Source: Flavobacteriales bacterium UBA2798 (GTDB lineage: Bacteria > Bacteroidota > Bacteroidia > Flavobacteriales_D > UBA2798). Taken from it: 50,230 nt of DNA. The notes under the pieces were generated by a model that was given only the letters and a program-made list of their open reading frames with translations, ran no database searches and was not told where the DNA came from. This document shows, piece after piece, positions 9,813 to 19,175 of the stretch; position 1 is the stretch's first letter, and each line of letters opens with the position of its first letter. The position numbers were made by a program, and so were the translations under genes. The DNA is taken from positions 30,345 to 80,574 of the forward strand of contig DEHO01000054.1 of assembly GCA_002351955.1 (NCBI GenBank). The letters are read 5' to 3'.

Positions 9813-10451
9813 CTAGGCCATTGTAATCTCGTTTCTTCCCAGTTTTACTTTGCCGTCACGTTCCAGCTGTTTCAGTAATCGTGAAATTACTTCACGTGAT
9901 GACCCCAGCGATTGTGCAATCTGCTGATGGGTGAGATGAAGTTTTTTTGATTTTCCCGCTTTGATTTGCTCATTCAAAAAAATCACCAGGCGTTCATCCA
10001 GTTTATGAAAAGCAATATTATCTATGGTCTGAATCAATTCGTGAAACCGCTCTCTGTAGGTCTCAAACATAAAATTTCTCCAGCTTTTATATTTGATGGT
10101 CCATTCATCGAGTAATTGTACCGGAATGGAAATGAATTCGGTTTCATCTTCTGCTATTGCCAAAACCTCGCTTGGTTTCATGCTCATACAACAATTGAGC
10201 GAGATAGCACAGGTTTGACCGGGATAGAGATGGTACAGATAAATTTCCCGCCCCTCTTCATCTTGTCTGCTGATGCGTATGGAACCATACACAAGTAGCG
10301 GAACCATTTTAACGTATGCTCCGGGATTTATGATTTGCTCTTCGGTTGTGCATGTGTGCAATGCACCATGTTCAAGAATTTCGGTAATTAGCGCGTCTTC
10401 GTTGAACTGTTTAAAACGGGTACGTATGATCTGTTCGAGAATATCAGACAT
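9813..10451 (-). CDS. Crp/Fnr family transcriptional regulator
   Basis: 212 aa with an N-terminal cNMP-binding-like beta-roll and a C-terminal HTH (LTHQQIAQSLGSSREVISRLLKQLERDGKV). There is no N-terminal FNR-type Cys cluster, but Cys residues sit at positions 34, 81, 87 and 88. Confidence 0.85.
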   Translation of the reverse strand: MSDILEQIIRTRFKQFNEDALITEILEHGALHTCTTEEQIINPGAYVKMVPLLVYGSIRISRQDEEGREIYLYHLYPGQTCAISLNCCMSMKPSEVLAIAEDETEFISIPVQLLDEWTIKYKSWRNFMFETYRERFHELIQTIDNIAFHKLDERLVIFLNEQIKAGKSKKLHLTHQQIAQSLGSSREVISRLLKQLERDGKVKLGRNEITMA

Positions 10452-10554
10452 GGTTCTTATTTATGCTCTAAAAGTAAGAAAATTTACCCTATTCCTTCCG
10501 ACCGAATCTTAATCGGCGCACTCACTTTGGTCTGCAACTTGTTCCTGATCCTTG

Positions 10555-10562
10555 TATGTTTG
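10555..10562 (+). promoter_or_regulatory. Bacteroidota -7 promoter box TATGTTTG
   Basis: Matches TAnnTTTG. ATG 10567 follows after only 4 nt, and a second ATG lies at 10570. Confidence 0.4.
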
Positions 10563-10566
10563 TTTC

Positions 10567-11262
10567 ATGATGCAAAGAGCTGAAAACATATTGTTTCTTG
10601 ATATTGAAACTGTGCCACTTGTCTATGAGTTTGATCGCCTGGATTCCGGAACGCAGTCCTTATTCGATGCAAAAACCCGTTTTGGTTCGCGTGAATTTCC
10701 TGATGTGAACGAACGGTATAAGAAAGCAGGGATTTATGCGGAATTTGGGAAAATTGTCTGTGTATCGTGCGGATACTACCTCTTTAACCGCGGAAAAACC
10801 GAATTGCGTATTCGTTCTTTTGCGGGTGACAATGAAATAGATCTTCTCAGGCAATTTTGCGATTTTGTTACGAAGAATTTTGACGAAGATTTTCATCGCT
10901 TGTGTGCGCATAACGGAAAGGAATTTGATTTCCCCTATCTGTGCAGACGAATGATTGTACTTGGTATACCCATTCCGCGCATCCTTCATTTGCAGGAAAG
11001 AAAACCATGGGAAGTTCCGCATATTGACACCATGGAGCTTTGGAAATTTGGCGATCATAAGCACTACACCTCTCTCGATCTTCTTGCCCACGTACTTAAT
11101 GTGCCGAGTTCGAAAACAGACATGAACGGAAGCGATGTCGCACGTGTTTACTGGGAGGAAAAGGACTTACAACGCATCATTGAATATTGCGAACAGGATG
11201 TGAAGACCCTGGCACTCGTTTGGGAGCGGCTTTGCGGTGTGCATGCCGGGATTTTTGTATAG
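10567..11262 (+). CDS. RNase H-like 3'-5' exonuclease (PolB-exonuclease-domain-like)
   Basis: ILFLDIETVP (ExoI DxE), HNGKEFDFPYL (ExoII-like) and YCEQDVKT (ExoIII-like). The TTG at 10552 in the track lies inside the promoter box, so I prefer ATG 10567 or 10570. Confidence 0.7.
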   Translation: MMQRAENILFLDIETVPLVYEFDRLDSGTQSLFDAKTRFGSREFPDVNERYKKAGIYAEFGKIVCVSCGYYLFNRGKTELRIRSFAGDNEIDLLRQFCDFVTKNFDEDFHRLCAHNGKEFDFPYLCRRMIVLGIPIPRILHLQERKPWEVPHIDTMELWKFGDHKHYTSLDLLAHVLNVPSSKTDMNGSDVARVYWEEKDLQRIIEYCEQDVKTLALVWERLCGVHAGIFV

Positions 11263-11267
11263 TTTTG
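11260..11267 (+). promoter_or_regulatory. Bacteroidota -7 promoter box TAGTTTTG
   Basis: Matches TAnnTTTG and ends 13 nt upstream of ATG 11281. It overlaps the stop codon of the preceding gene. Confidence 0.4.
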
Positions 11268-11280
11268 CAAAAAGTAGTTT

Positions 11281-11808
11281 ATGTCCCGGTCTTTGTTGGT
11301 GTTCTTCCTTTTCTCCTTGTTTTCATGCATGACAACGCCTCAGGGCGACAAACGCTCTGCAGTTGATTGTGTGGAGATTCTTTTTTTTGGAAAAAACACA
11401 GGAGATATTGCCGGAATTTCGATTGGAGATCCTTCCTCGGCAGTAATGGATGCACGGGTAGGAACGCCGCTTTATCAGGATGATCTGGAAACTATCGATT
11501 CGGTGTCGCTGTGCAATGAAAAAAATGGTCATGCTGAATTGGCCTGTCGCTTTGTTTCCGGTCGACTCGCGGAGATGGAGCTGACATTGTTTTTAAAACA
11601 GGAGACGGATCTCGATCCCGTTTTCAATCTCATTAAAACAACAATGGATCAGCGCCATGATGGGGGAATGCAACAACAGGGTGTTTGGTTTTGGCAACGC
11701 AATCGTGAGCGTTTTCTTGATCAGATTTATTTGCTGAATGCCAGTGATCGGTATAAAAGACCCGTTGTTCAAATGCTCTTGTCCGACGGAGAAGGCACTC
11801 CTGCCTGA
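11281..11808 (+). CDS. hypothetical lipoprotein
   Basis: Lipoprotein-type signal MSRSLLVFFLFSLFSC with a lipobox Cys. No recognisable domain. Confidence 0.55.
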   Translation: MSRSLLVFFLFSLFSCMTTPQGDKRSAVDCVEILFFGKNTGDIAGISIGDPSSAVMDARVGTPLYQDDLETIDSVSLCNEKNGHAELACRFVSGRLAEMELTLFLKQETDLDPVFNLIKTTMDQRHDGGMQQQGVWFWQRNRERFLDQIYLLNASDRYKRPVVQMLLSDGEGTPA

Positions 11809-11924
11809 AGATCGGCTCAATAGATGGGTTTGAAAGATGTTCCCCTCAGTTTTTTGTGCTAATTTTAGAGTCATAATTGATGTGATCGGCAGAATGCTGA
11901 TGATGAACTAACTCTACTGTTGCA

Positions 11925-12785
11925 ATGCTGGAAAAATTCAAATCTGCGTACCGTTTTCTTTCTTCCAAATACCAGAGCATTCATCTGGATTACCGTGTTA
12001 ATCCGAAGCCGCGATACGGTCATGGCAATCCACCCCACAAAGCTTTGTATGATAGCATAAATGGAAACAGGAAAGCCTATGAGGAACTGTTGCGGTCATT
12101 TTTGAAATACGATGCGCAAATGCACACAATTCAGGATGCATCGTTGGAGAAGGATCAAAATAAGCCTGCCTGGAACAACGGGTTTTTACCCGGACTTGAT
12201 ATTGTAGGTATTTATGGTATGATAGCTGAATATAAACCTGCAAAGTATATTGAGATTGGATCGGGAAATTCCACAAAAGTTGCGCGAAAATCGATAACAG
12301 AAAATCATTTAAAAACCGAAATCATTTCCATCGATCCCTTTCCCAGGGCCGCCATAGATCACCTGGCAGACCGTGTTATTCGTGAGCCCTTTGAAAATTT
12401 ATCCGATTCAAGGTTTATTGTGGAAACACTCAATGAAAACGATATTTTGTTTATTGATAATTCCCACCGTGTATTTCCCAATTCGGATGCAATGATTTGT
12501 TTTCTTGAATTACTCCCGTTTTTGAAAAAGGGAGTGATCGTTCATATTCATGATATTTATCTGCCCTACGATTACCCCCAATTCATGTGTGACCGTTATT
12601 ACAACGAACAATACATGTTGGCAGCCTTTATTTTGGCAAATCCGGATAAGTACAAGACCCTGCTTCCAAACTATTTTATCAGTGAAGATCCTGCGCTTGC
12701 CGGAATTATTTCTCCATTATGGAATCACCCCAACATGTGCAATGTGGAAAAGCACGGTGGTTCGTATTGGTTGCAGATGGGGTAG
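11925..12785 (+). CDS. putative class I SAM-dependent methyltransferase
   Basis: Motif I-like YIEIGSGNSTK, followed by IISIDP and ILFIDNSH segments, in the arrangement seen in Methyltransf_24-like proteins. The assignment rests on motifs only. Confidence 0.5.
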   Translation: MLEKFKSAYRFLSSKYQSIHLDYRVNPKPRYGHGNPPHKALYDSINGNRKAYEELLRSFLKYDAQMHTIQDASLEKDQNKPAWNNGFLPGLDIVGIYGMIAEYKPAKYIEIGSGNSTKVARKSITENHLKTEIISIDPFPRAAIDHLADRVIREPFENLSDSRFIVETLNENDILFIDNSHRVFPNSDAMICFLELLPFLKKGVIVHIHDIYLPYDYPQFMCDRYYNEQYMLAAFILANPDKYKTLLPNYFISEDPALAGIISPLWNHPNMCNVEKHGGSYWLQMG

Positions 12786-12858
12786 TGAAATTACTGCTGA
12801 AATACTTTGTTAAGTAGCATGGGATTGTTCCCCATTTATTTCAGTTTAAGTTCTTAAC

Positions 12859-14595
12859 TCAAAACCTCACATCCTTCACCATCATCTGCAGACTCACTTT
12901 TCCGTTCCAGTTGTTTTCTTCGAGAGTATAAGCAAGTGAGAAGGGTTCTCCTTTAACAATACGGTTCAAATGTTTTGCCATTCCAAAGGCGATGGCGTCG
13001 AAACGTAAGCGGGGGTCGTGTTCTGAGTATACCTGAAGTTTGAGATGCTCTTCTTTTAAAGTTCGCGCCATACCACTGTCGCGGAGTTGGTGTGTGACAA
13101 ATACCGGATTCATATTACCCGGACCAAAAGGTGCAAATTGTTTCAGAATCCTATAGAATTTTGGCAATGTTTCACCCGGTAGTGTACGCAAAACTTCCAA
13201 ATCGATTTCGTCTTCCACATCTATGGATGGAATGAGCATGTGCTCTTCAATGGTGGAAGCAACAAAGGATTCAAATGCTGCACGAAAGGCATCAAGATTT
13301 TCTTCTGCCAGTGTTAATCCCGCAGCGTATTTATGTCCTCCAAATTGTTCGAGTAAATGACTGCAGGCTTCTATGGCTTCGTACACATCGTAATCGCGCA
13401 CCGATCGTGCAGAACCCGTGAGTTTTCCATTGGAAAGAGTAAGCAGGATGGTAGGACGATAATATGATTCTGTGAGGCGGGATGCAACTATTCCTATAAC
13501 ACCTTTATGCCAGTTTTCCCTGTAGAGAACAGTTGTTTTAGCGCTTTTCAGTTCTTCATTTTCTTCGATGATGCTGAGTGCTTCCCGGGTTATGTTTCGG
13601 TCAAATTCTTTGCGGTCGGCATTGTGTTTGTCCAATTGCATGCCGCGGTTGATGGCTTCTTCTTCATTTGAAGCGATAAGCAATTCAACTGCATTTCTGC
13701 CGGAATCGATTCTTCCTGCTGCATTGATTCTTGGCGCAAGAATAAAAACCAGATTCGAGATATCTACCGGCAATTGTTTTCCTGCAAGTTTGAGAATGGC
13801 CCTTACCCATACCGATGGATTGCTGTTGATCTTTTGCAATCCGTGATAAGCGAGGATGCGGTTTTCACCGGTAATCGGCACTATATCTGCAGCAATGGCC
13901 ACCGCCGTGAGATCAAGTTTGTTGTACAGTTCTTCGAGCGAATAATCACTTACCGTACAGAGCGCCTGCATCAGCTTGAAACCTACACCGCATCCGCATA
14001 ATTCTTTATAGGGATAATTGCAGTCCTCTCGTTTGGGATCGAGCACAGCAGCAGCTTCCGGAAGGATATCGCCCGGACGGTGGTGGTCGCAAATGATAAA
14101 ATCAATTCCCTTGCTCCTGGCGTAATCTATTTTGTCGTTGCTTTTGATTCCACAATCGAGTGCAATAATCAAGCTTACATCACTGTCGGATGCTACGTCA
14201 ATCCCTTTGAAGGAGATTCCATACCCTTCGGTATAGCGATCAGGAATGTAAAAATCGATGTTGTGGTATTTACTTGCCAGAAAGGAATATACCAAAGCAA
14301 CAGAAGTAGTTCCATCTACATCATAATCACCATAAATCAGAATGTTTTCTCCCTTGCTCATTGCCTGTTGCAAACGTTCAACGGCCTTGTCCATATCCCT
14401 CATCAGGAATGGATCATGAAGATTCTCCAGCTCCGGCCGGAAAAAGCATTTTGCTTCCTGAAAATCACCAATACCCCTACGCACAAGCGCACGGGCAAGG
14501 GCAGGGGGGAGGTTCAGCTCCTGCTCCAGCCGTATTGCTGCTGCACTTTTTTCAGGCACTTTGGCACTTTCATCAAACACCCACCTTTTTTCCAT
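12859..14595 (-). CDS. recJ: single-stranded-DNA-specific exonuclease RecJ
   Basis: DHH family motifs ILIYGDYDVDGTTS, ALDCG and ICDHHRP, plus DHHA1-like GGHKYAAG. At 578 aa the length is typical for RecJ. Confidence 0.92.
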   Translation of the reverse strand: MEKRWVFDESAKVPEKSAAAIRLEQELNLPPALARALVRRGIGDFQEAKCFFRPELENLHDPFLMRDMDKAVERLQQAMSKGENILIYGDYDVDGTTSVALVYSFLASKYHNIDFYIPDRYTEGYGISFKGIDVASDSDVSLIIALDCGIKSNDKIDYARSKGIDFIICDHHRPGDILPEAAAVLDPKREDCNYPYKELCGCGVGFKLMQALCTVSDYSLEELYNKLDLTAVAIAADIVPITGENRILAYHGLQKINSNPSVWVRAILKLAGKQLPVDISNLVFILAPRINAAGRIDSGRNAVELLIASNEEEAINRGMQLDKHNADRKEFDRNITREALSIIEENEELKSAKTTVLYRENWHKGVIGIVASRLTESYYRPTILLTLSNGKLTGSARSVRDYDVYEAIEACSHLLEQFGGHKYAAGLTLAEENLDAFRAAFESFVASTIEEHMLIPSIDVEDEIDLEVLRTLPGETLPKFYRILKQFAPFGPGNMNPVFVTHQLRDSGMARTLKEEHLKLQVYSEHDPRLRFDAIAFGMAKHLNRIVKGEPFSLAYTLEENNWNGKVSLQMMVKDVRF

Positions 14596-14641
14596 ATATT
14601 TAGGAATGGCTTTTGCATAAAAGTAGCAAGCCTGACGCTCA

Positions 14642-15328
14642 ATGAGAAATCTTTTTTTGGTCTTGTTTACGGTTGGATGCTCCCTTACAGCACTCGCTCA
14701 GGAGGATCTTTCCTTTTATTTTGCAGATGCACAACCCAATGGAGGCCGTAACCTGACTTCATTTCCGGAGGCGTTCAGAGGAGAATATATCTCCAAAAAG
14801 GACAGTCTGCTTAAAGTCACCATCACTGAAGACTCCATTCATGTGCGACTGATCAGCTTTGTGATCATGACGCTCAAAGAAGTGAAAGATGCCCCTGGAT
14901 TACGATTAAAAGACTCGCTTTTATTTGGTATTTACAAGGATAGACCTGTGGAAGTGATTCGAAAGAATGACACCCTGATATTTGGAATGGAAACGAAATA
15001 CAGGATGTTCGCTGTGTCGGACACCTCTGTTATACGTGTTTGCGGAAACGATTTGTTGTTGAGCAGTAAGGATGGAAATGGTAAATGGACTGTAATGCGG
15101 ATCAGTCTGATTCCTCGCGATGGATTAAAAGCTCCGGGGGTTGAATTTGCCTATGTCGATCACGATGAACAGATCAAACTGATCCGAAGTCAGAAGGGAT
15201 TGCAACGCAAACAGGAAAACGGTCAGACTTTTCTTCAGTTGGATTTGGCTTACCCGGACATGCAACGTTTTATTGAGGCAGGTGGGTTTAATATGCGACA
15301 ATCATATTTCCGCACCGAATACCATTGA
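14642..15328 (+). CDS. secreted hypothetical protein
   Basis: Signal peptide MRNLFLVLFTVGCSLTALAQE. Its stop overlaps the TTG start of the downstream kinase in a TTGA arrangement. Confidence 0.55.
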   Translation: MRNLFLVLFTVGCSLTALAQEDLSFYFADAQPNGGRNLTSFPEAFRGEYISKKDSLLKVTITEDSIHVRLISFVIMTLKEVKDAPGLRLKDSLLFGIYKDRPVEVIRKNDTLIFGMETKYRMFAVSDTSVIRVCGNDLLLSSKDGNGKWTVMRISLIPRDGLKAPGVEFAYVDHDEQIKLIRSQKGLQRKQENGQTFLQLDLAYPDMQRFIEAGGFNMRQSYFRTEYH

Positions 15329-18300
15329 GGAAGATACGCGACATACTTTTTCACCGCTATTCATTACTCGCTATTGCAGTAGTGCTGGTTTTTTCAGGCG
15401 GTTATTTATACAGAAGTTCCTTCATTTCTGTTGATGGAAACCGTTTAGCCGCTAACGCAGAAAATGTTTTGCGCGAATCGGCTGTCTACGCAAATGAGTG
15501 GTTTAAGTCCATCCGCGTTCAATTGCTTTCAGGGCAAAAAAATGCAGAAATCAATTCGTCAGAGAATGAGCTTCATGCCGTTATGGTATTTCGTGAGCGA
15601 CAACCGGTTTTCTGGACCAATTCACGTATACCATTCGATACAACTGCACTGGATACGCTTGGAAAATCAGGATTGATTCATTTGCGCAACGGGTGGTACT
15701 TCTATCACCATGAACAACTGGATGCCGAACATTCGGGTATTGTTTTTACGCAGGTAAGAAAGGAATATGTACACAAGAACAGGTACCTGAGCGATCATTT
15801 TCACAGCGCATGGGGAATTCCGGATGAAGTTAATCTCGTTGAACCGGGCACAGAAAATTCGTTTTTGGTAAGAGATGAAAACGGCAATGCAGTATTCGCG
15901 CTTTTACTTTCGGAAGCAACTATTACATCGGGCAGTTCGCTTTATCTTATTGCCGGCTTATTGCTTTTAGGAATAGTATTGCTCATCCGGTTTCTTAAGG
16001 AAGAATGTGAAAACCTGGAAAAGTTTATCGGTCCTTTCTATTCCAGTCTGCTTTTGGTTTTTTCGGTTGTTCTTCTTCGCTACTGGTCGCTCAGCATGGA
16101 GTTCCCCGCTGCATTTTATGCATTCGAATTGTTTCAACCCGATTTGTTTGCCGCGTCATTTTTTCTTCCCTCTCTTGGCGATTATCTGATTAACGCATTT
16201 CTGATTCTCTACCTTTTCTATTTTCTCGATGCACGGTCATCCCGCTTTAATTATCATCTCTCCTCTAACAAAGGTGCAGCTATCGGTATTATTGCCTTTC
16301 TTTTAGGGGTATTGATGGCATTTGGTCATTCCATTGGGTTTTTAATGCAGGGATTGATCGAAGATTCAAATATTGAATTCAACATCAATAATATTTTTAA
16401 TCTCAGCACTTATAGTTTCATTGGTTTTACCATTGTTGGTTTACTTTATTTTGCCTTTTATCTTTTTTGTGATTTTACATTCAGGGTTGCAAAAAAACTG
16501 CAGATCGAAAAACTCACATTTCTGGTATTGCTTGGTGTTTTTTCCATCTTCTCCACCTTTGCGCTCTACCTTTGGGGTGTTAACGATCCTTTTCAGATCA
16601 TTTGGCCCCTGACCATTTTGTTTTTGTTGTTTGCAGTTCACTTTGTCCAGGAGAAAGCTCAATTGAGTTTTAATGTTACCGTACTGCTGCTGATCATTTT
16701 TTCCGGGTTCACGGCACATGCCCTTTCAAAATTTACCGGTGCGAAAGAACGTAAGAACAGAATTGTTTTGGCGGAAAGACTTTCTACCGATGAAGACCCA
16801 TTGGTGGAAATATTGTTTTCAGAGATGGAAGCCGGATTACGCAGAAGTGAATTGTTGAATAGTGCCTTTGATTCTTCTGCGGTGTTTTCGAAAACTGCCT
16901 TCGAAGAACAATTGGAAAAGGAATATTTCTCGGGCGATTGGAATGCATTCGACATCCAGTTTTATTTGTTTGCAGCAGACAGCACGCCTGTTGGTCTCGA
17001 AGGATTTGCTCCGATAAGGGAATTTTCGGATCTCGATAATGTTATTCTTGAGAATGGAATTCCGAGTAAGTTCAGTGGTAATATGAACTTTATTTACAAT
17101 TCCACCAATAAGCTGAGCTATATCATCAAGCTTCCGGTATCTGCACGTAATGAGGCCCCAAAAGGATATTTGTTCTGCGAATTGCGCTCGAAAAAAATTC
17201 CGGAGGATATTGGTTTTCCCGAATTGCTCATTGACAAAGGATCTAACAAAATTGATCTCATCCACCAGTATTCTTATGCCCGCTATGTAGATAGTGTTCA
17301 GGTGAATCATTTTGGTCCTTTTCGTTACAGTTTAATGAGTACGCCTTATGCTCATTTGCCGGGAAAAATTGAATTTTTACGCGAGGATGAGTCGGATCAC
17401 CTTGTATATAGAGTTGATGACCGGACACTCATTGTATTGACTCGTCCAGTTGAACGATTCATCAATCAGGCGACATCCTTTTCGTATTTGTTCACGCTAT
17501 TTTGTCTGATCGTTATTGCAGGAGTGGTATATCGACAGTTTTCCCGGGGGTTTTCCGGTATTCACTTAACGCTGCAAGGTAAACTTCAGTTTCTGCTGGT
17601 CTCGGTTCTGCTGGTATCGTTGGTGTTGTTTGGTCTCGGAACGCGTTATTATGTTGCAGGTCAATACCGCGCAAAAAATTACAACATCATTTCCGAAAAA
17701 ATACAAAGTGTGCGAATCGAAGTAACACATAAACTCGGTCGTGAGCGTGAGTTGAGTTCTGATCTCCGAAATTATATTGGTTATATCCTTGGGAAATTCT
17801 CGGGAGTTTTTCTTACTGATATTAATCTTTACGATGATAATGGATTGCTTGTTGCAACTTCGCGACCACGTATTTTTCAAAGTGGATTGCTGGGAATGCA
17901 AATGGATCCTGAAGCATTCCGGCAAATGAACGAAGAACGCAGAAGTGAATTTATTCAAGAGGAACGTATTGGAAATATGAATTACCTGAGCGCTTATGTT
18001 CCGCTGCTGAATGATCACAGTCAGTTGCTCGGCTATCTCAATCTTCCGTATTTCGCTAAGCAAAACACACTGGAAACAGAATTGACCGGATTTTTGGTTG
18101 CCATTCTCAATATTTTTGTTGTGTTGTTTGCATTGTCCATTCTTGCAGCCTTGTTTGTTTCCAACTGGATCACCAAACCATTGCGACTCGTACAGCAAAG
18201 TATTGCAGGAATTCAGCTCGGAAGAACCAATAAACCAATTGCGTATTCGGGTCGCGATGAAATTGGTTCCTTGGTGGAAGAATACAACAAGAAGGTTCAG

Positions 18301-19014
18301 GAACTGGAGCGATATGCGCAGGAACTTGCAGCTACCGAGCGCGAAAGCGCCTGGAGGGAAATGGCCAAACAGGTCGCGCATGAAATTAAAAATCCGCTCA
18401 CTCCCATTCGGTTGAGCATTCAACATTTACAACGCTCATTGCATTCGGATGATCCGGATTGGAAAGAGAAACTCGATCGTTTTACACATACCGTAATTGA
18501 ACAAATTGATGCGCTTTCCAATATTGCAAATGAGTTCAGTAATTTTGCAAAAATGCCCAAGGCAGAAGAGGAAGTGCTGAATTTGAAATCGGTGCTTACC
18601 AATGCTGTTGAGTTGTACAAGGATACACCGGATGTAACCGTTCGTTTGTCGCGAACCGATTTACAGGATGCTCTTGTGTATGCAGATAAAGACCAGTTGA
18701 TCAGAGTAGTGAATAATCTGATTAAAAACGCTATTCAGGCTATTCCGGAAGACAGAGAAGGTAAGGTTGAGATTTCATTGAGGAGAAACGAAAATCGCTA
18801 TCTGGTAGAAGTTAAGGACAATGGCTCCGGAATTCCGCATGATCGCATAGATAAGATTTTCACTCCGAATTTTACCACAAAATCTACAGGGATGGGACTG
18901 GGTCTTGCAATGGTGAAGAATATCGTGGAAAACCACAAGGGAAGAATCTGGTTTGAAACCAGTCACAATGTTGGCACCTCCTTTTATTTTACGCTTCCGG
19001 TGCACGAGTCATAA
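15325..19014 (+). CDS. large multi-TM sensor histidine kinase (HAMP-HisKA-HATPase_c)
   Basis: 1229 aa with many hydrophobic helices in the first ~470 aa and two more flanking a second extracytoplasmic region. It has a HAMP-like ITKPLRLVQQSIAGIQLG...DEIGSLVEEYN, H-box VAHEIKNPLTPI, N-box NLIKNAIQA, G1 DNGSGI and G2 GMGLGLAMV. The start is TTG, since no in-frame ATG occurs for about 85 codons. Confidence 0.88.
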   Translation: MRKIRDILFHRYSLLAIAVVLVFSGGYLYRSSFISVDGNRLAANAENVLRESAVYANEWFKSIRVQLLSGQKNAEINSSENELHAVMVFRERQPVFWTNSRIPFDTTALDTLGKSGLIHLRNGWYFYHHEQLDAEHSGIVFTQVRKEYVHKNRYLSDHFHSAWGIPDEVNLVEPGTENSFLVRDENGNAVFALLLSEATITSGSSLYLIAGLLLLGIVLLIRFLKEECENLEKFIGPFYSSLLLVFSVVLLRYWSLSMEFPAAFYAFELFQPDLFAASFFLPSLGDYLINAFLILYLFYFLDARSSRFNYHLSSNKGAAIGIIAFLLGVLMAFGHSIGFLMQGLIEDSNIEFNINNIFNLSTYSFIGFTIVGLLYFAFYLFCDFTFRVAKKLQIEKLTFLVLLGVFSIFSTFALYLWGVNDPFQIIWPLTILFLLFAVHFVQEKAQLSFNVTVLLLIIFSGFTAHALSKFTGAKERKNRIVLAERLSTDEDPLVEILFSEMEAGLRRSELLNSAFDSSAVFSKTAFEEQLEKEYFSGDWNAFDIQFYLFAADSTPVGLEGFAPIREFSDLDNVILENGIPSKFSGNMNFIYNSTNKLSYIIKLPVSARNEAPKGYLFCELRSKKIPEDIGFPELLIDKGSNKIDLIHQYSYARYVDSVQVNHFGPFRYSLMSTPYAHLPGKIEFLREDESDHLVYRVDDRTLIVLTRPVERFINQATSFSYLFTLFCLIVIAGVVYRQFSRGFSGIHLTLQGKLQFLLVSVLLVSLVLFGLGTRYYVAGQYRAKNYNIISEKIQSVRIEVTHKLGRERELSSDLRNYIGYILGKFSGVFLTDINLYDDNGLLVATSRPRIFQSGLLGMQMDPEAFRQMNEERRSEFIQEERIGNMNYLSAYVPLLNDHSQLLGYLNLPYFAKQNTLETELTGFLVAILNIFVVLFALSILAALFVSNWITKPLRLVQQSIAGIQLGRTNKPIAYSGRDEIGSLVEEYNKKVQELERYAQELAATERESAWREMAKQVAHEIKNPLTPIRLSIQHLQRSLHSDDPDWKEKLDRFTHTVIEQIDALSNIANEFSNFAKMPKAEEEVLNLKSVLTNAVELYKDTPDVTVRLSRTDLQDALVYADKDQLIRVVNNLIKNAIQAIPEDREGKVEISLRRNENRYLVEVKDNGSGIPHDRIDKIFTPNFTTKSTGMGLGLAMVKNIVENHKGRIWFETSHNVGTSFYFTLPVHES

Positions 19015-19150
19015 TCGAACGAATACTAAACCGTAAAGGGTTACTTCTAAAATTCGAACAGAATATTGCTGAAGAATACTCAGAGTGCCGGTGGACAAGG
19101 TAAAATTCCCTTATAAAACCTTAAATTCATTCCCATATCTATCGAATTAC

Positions 19151-19158
19151 TACATTTG
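19151..19158 (+). promoter_or_regulatory. Bacteroidota -7 promoter box TACATTTG
   Basis: Matches TAnnTTTG and ends 17 nt upstream of ATG 19176. Confidence 0.45.
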
Positions 19159-19175
19159 CCTAAACACCATTTACC

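Noticed and set aside
10660-11091. 143-aa minus-strand ORF
   Set aside because: It is antisense to the exonuclease gene, which has DEDD-type motifs. No motifs of its own.
12806-12835. Short hairpin ATGGG-N7-CCCAT followed by a T-rich run, between the methyltransferase gene and recJ
   Set aside because: The stem is only 5 bp, too weak to call a terminator with any confidence.
14080-14751. 223-aa plus-strand ORF
   Set aside because: It is antisense to recJ, which has unambiguous DHH/DHHA1 motifs. Its composition is not protein-like. Shadow ORF.
17566-18426. 286-aa minus-strand ORF (and the 157-aa ORF at 16837..17310)
   Set aside because: Both are antisense to the 1229-aa histidine kinase, whose HAMP, H-box and ATPase motifs fix the coding strand.
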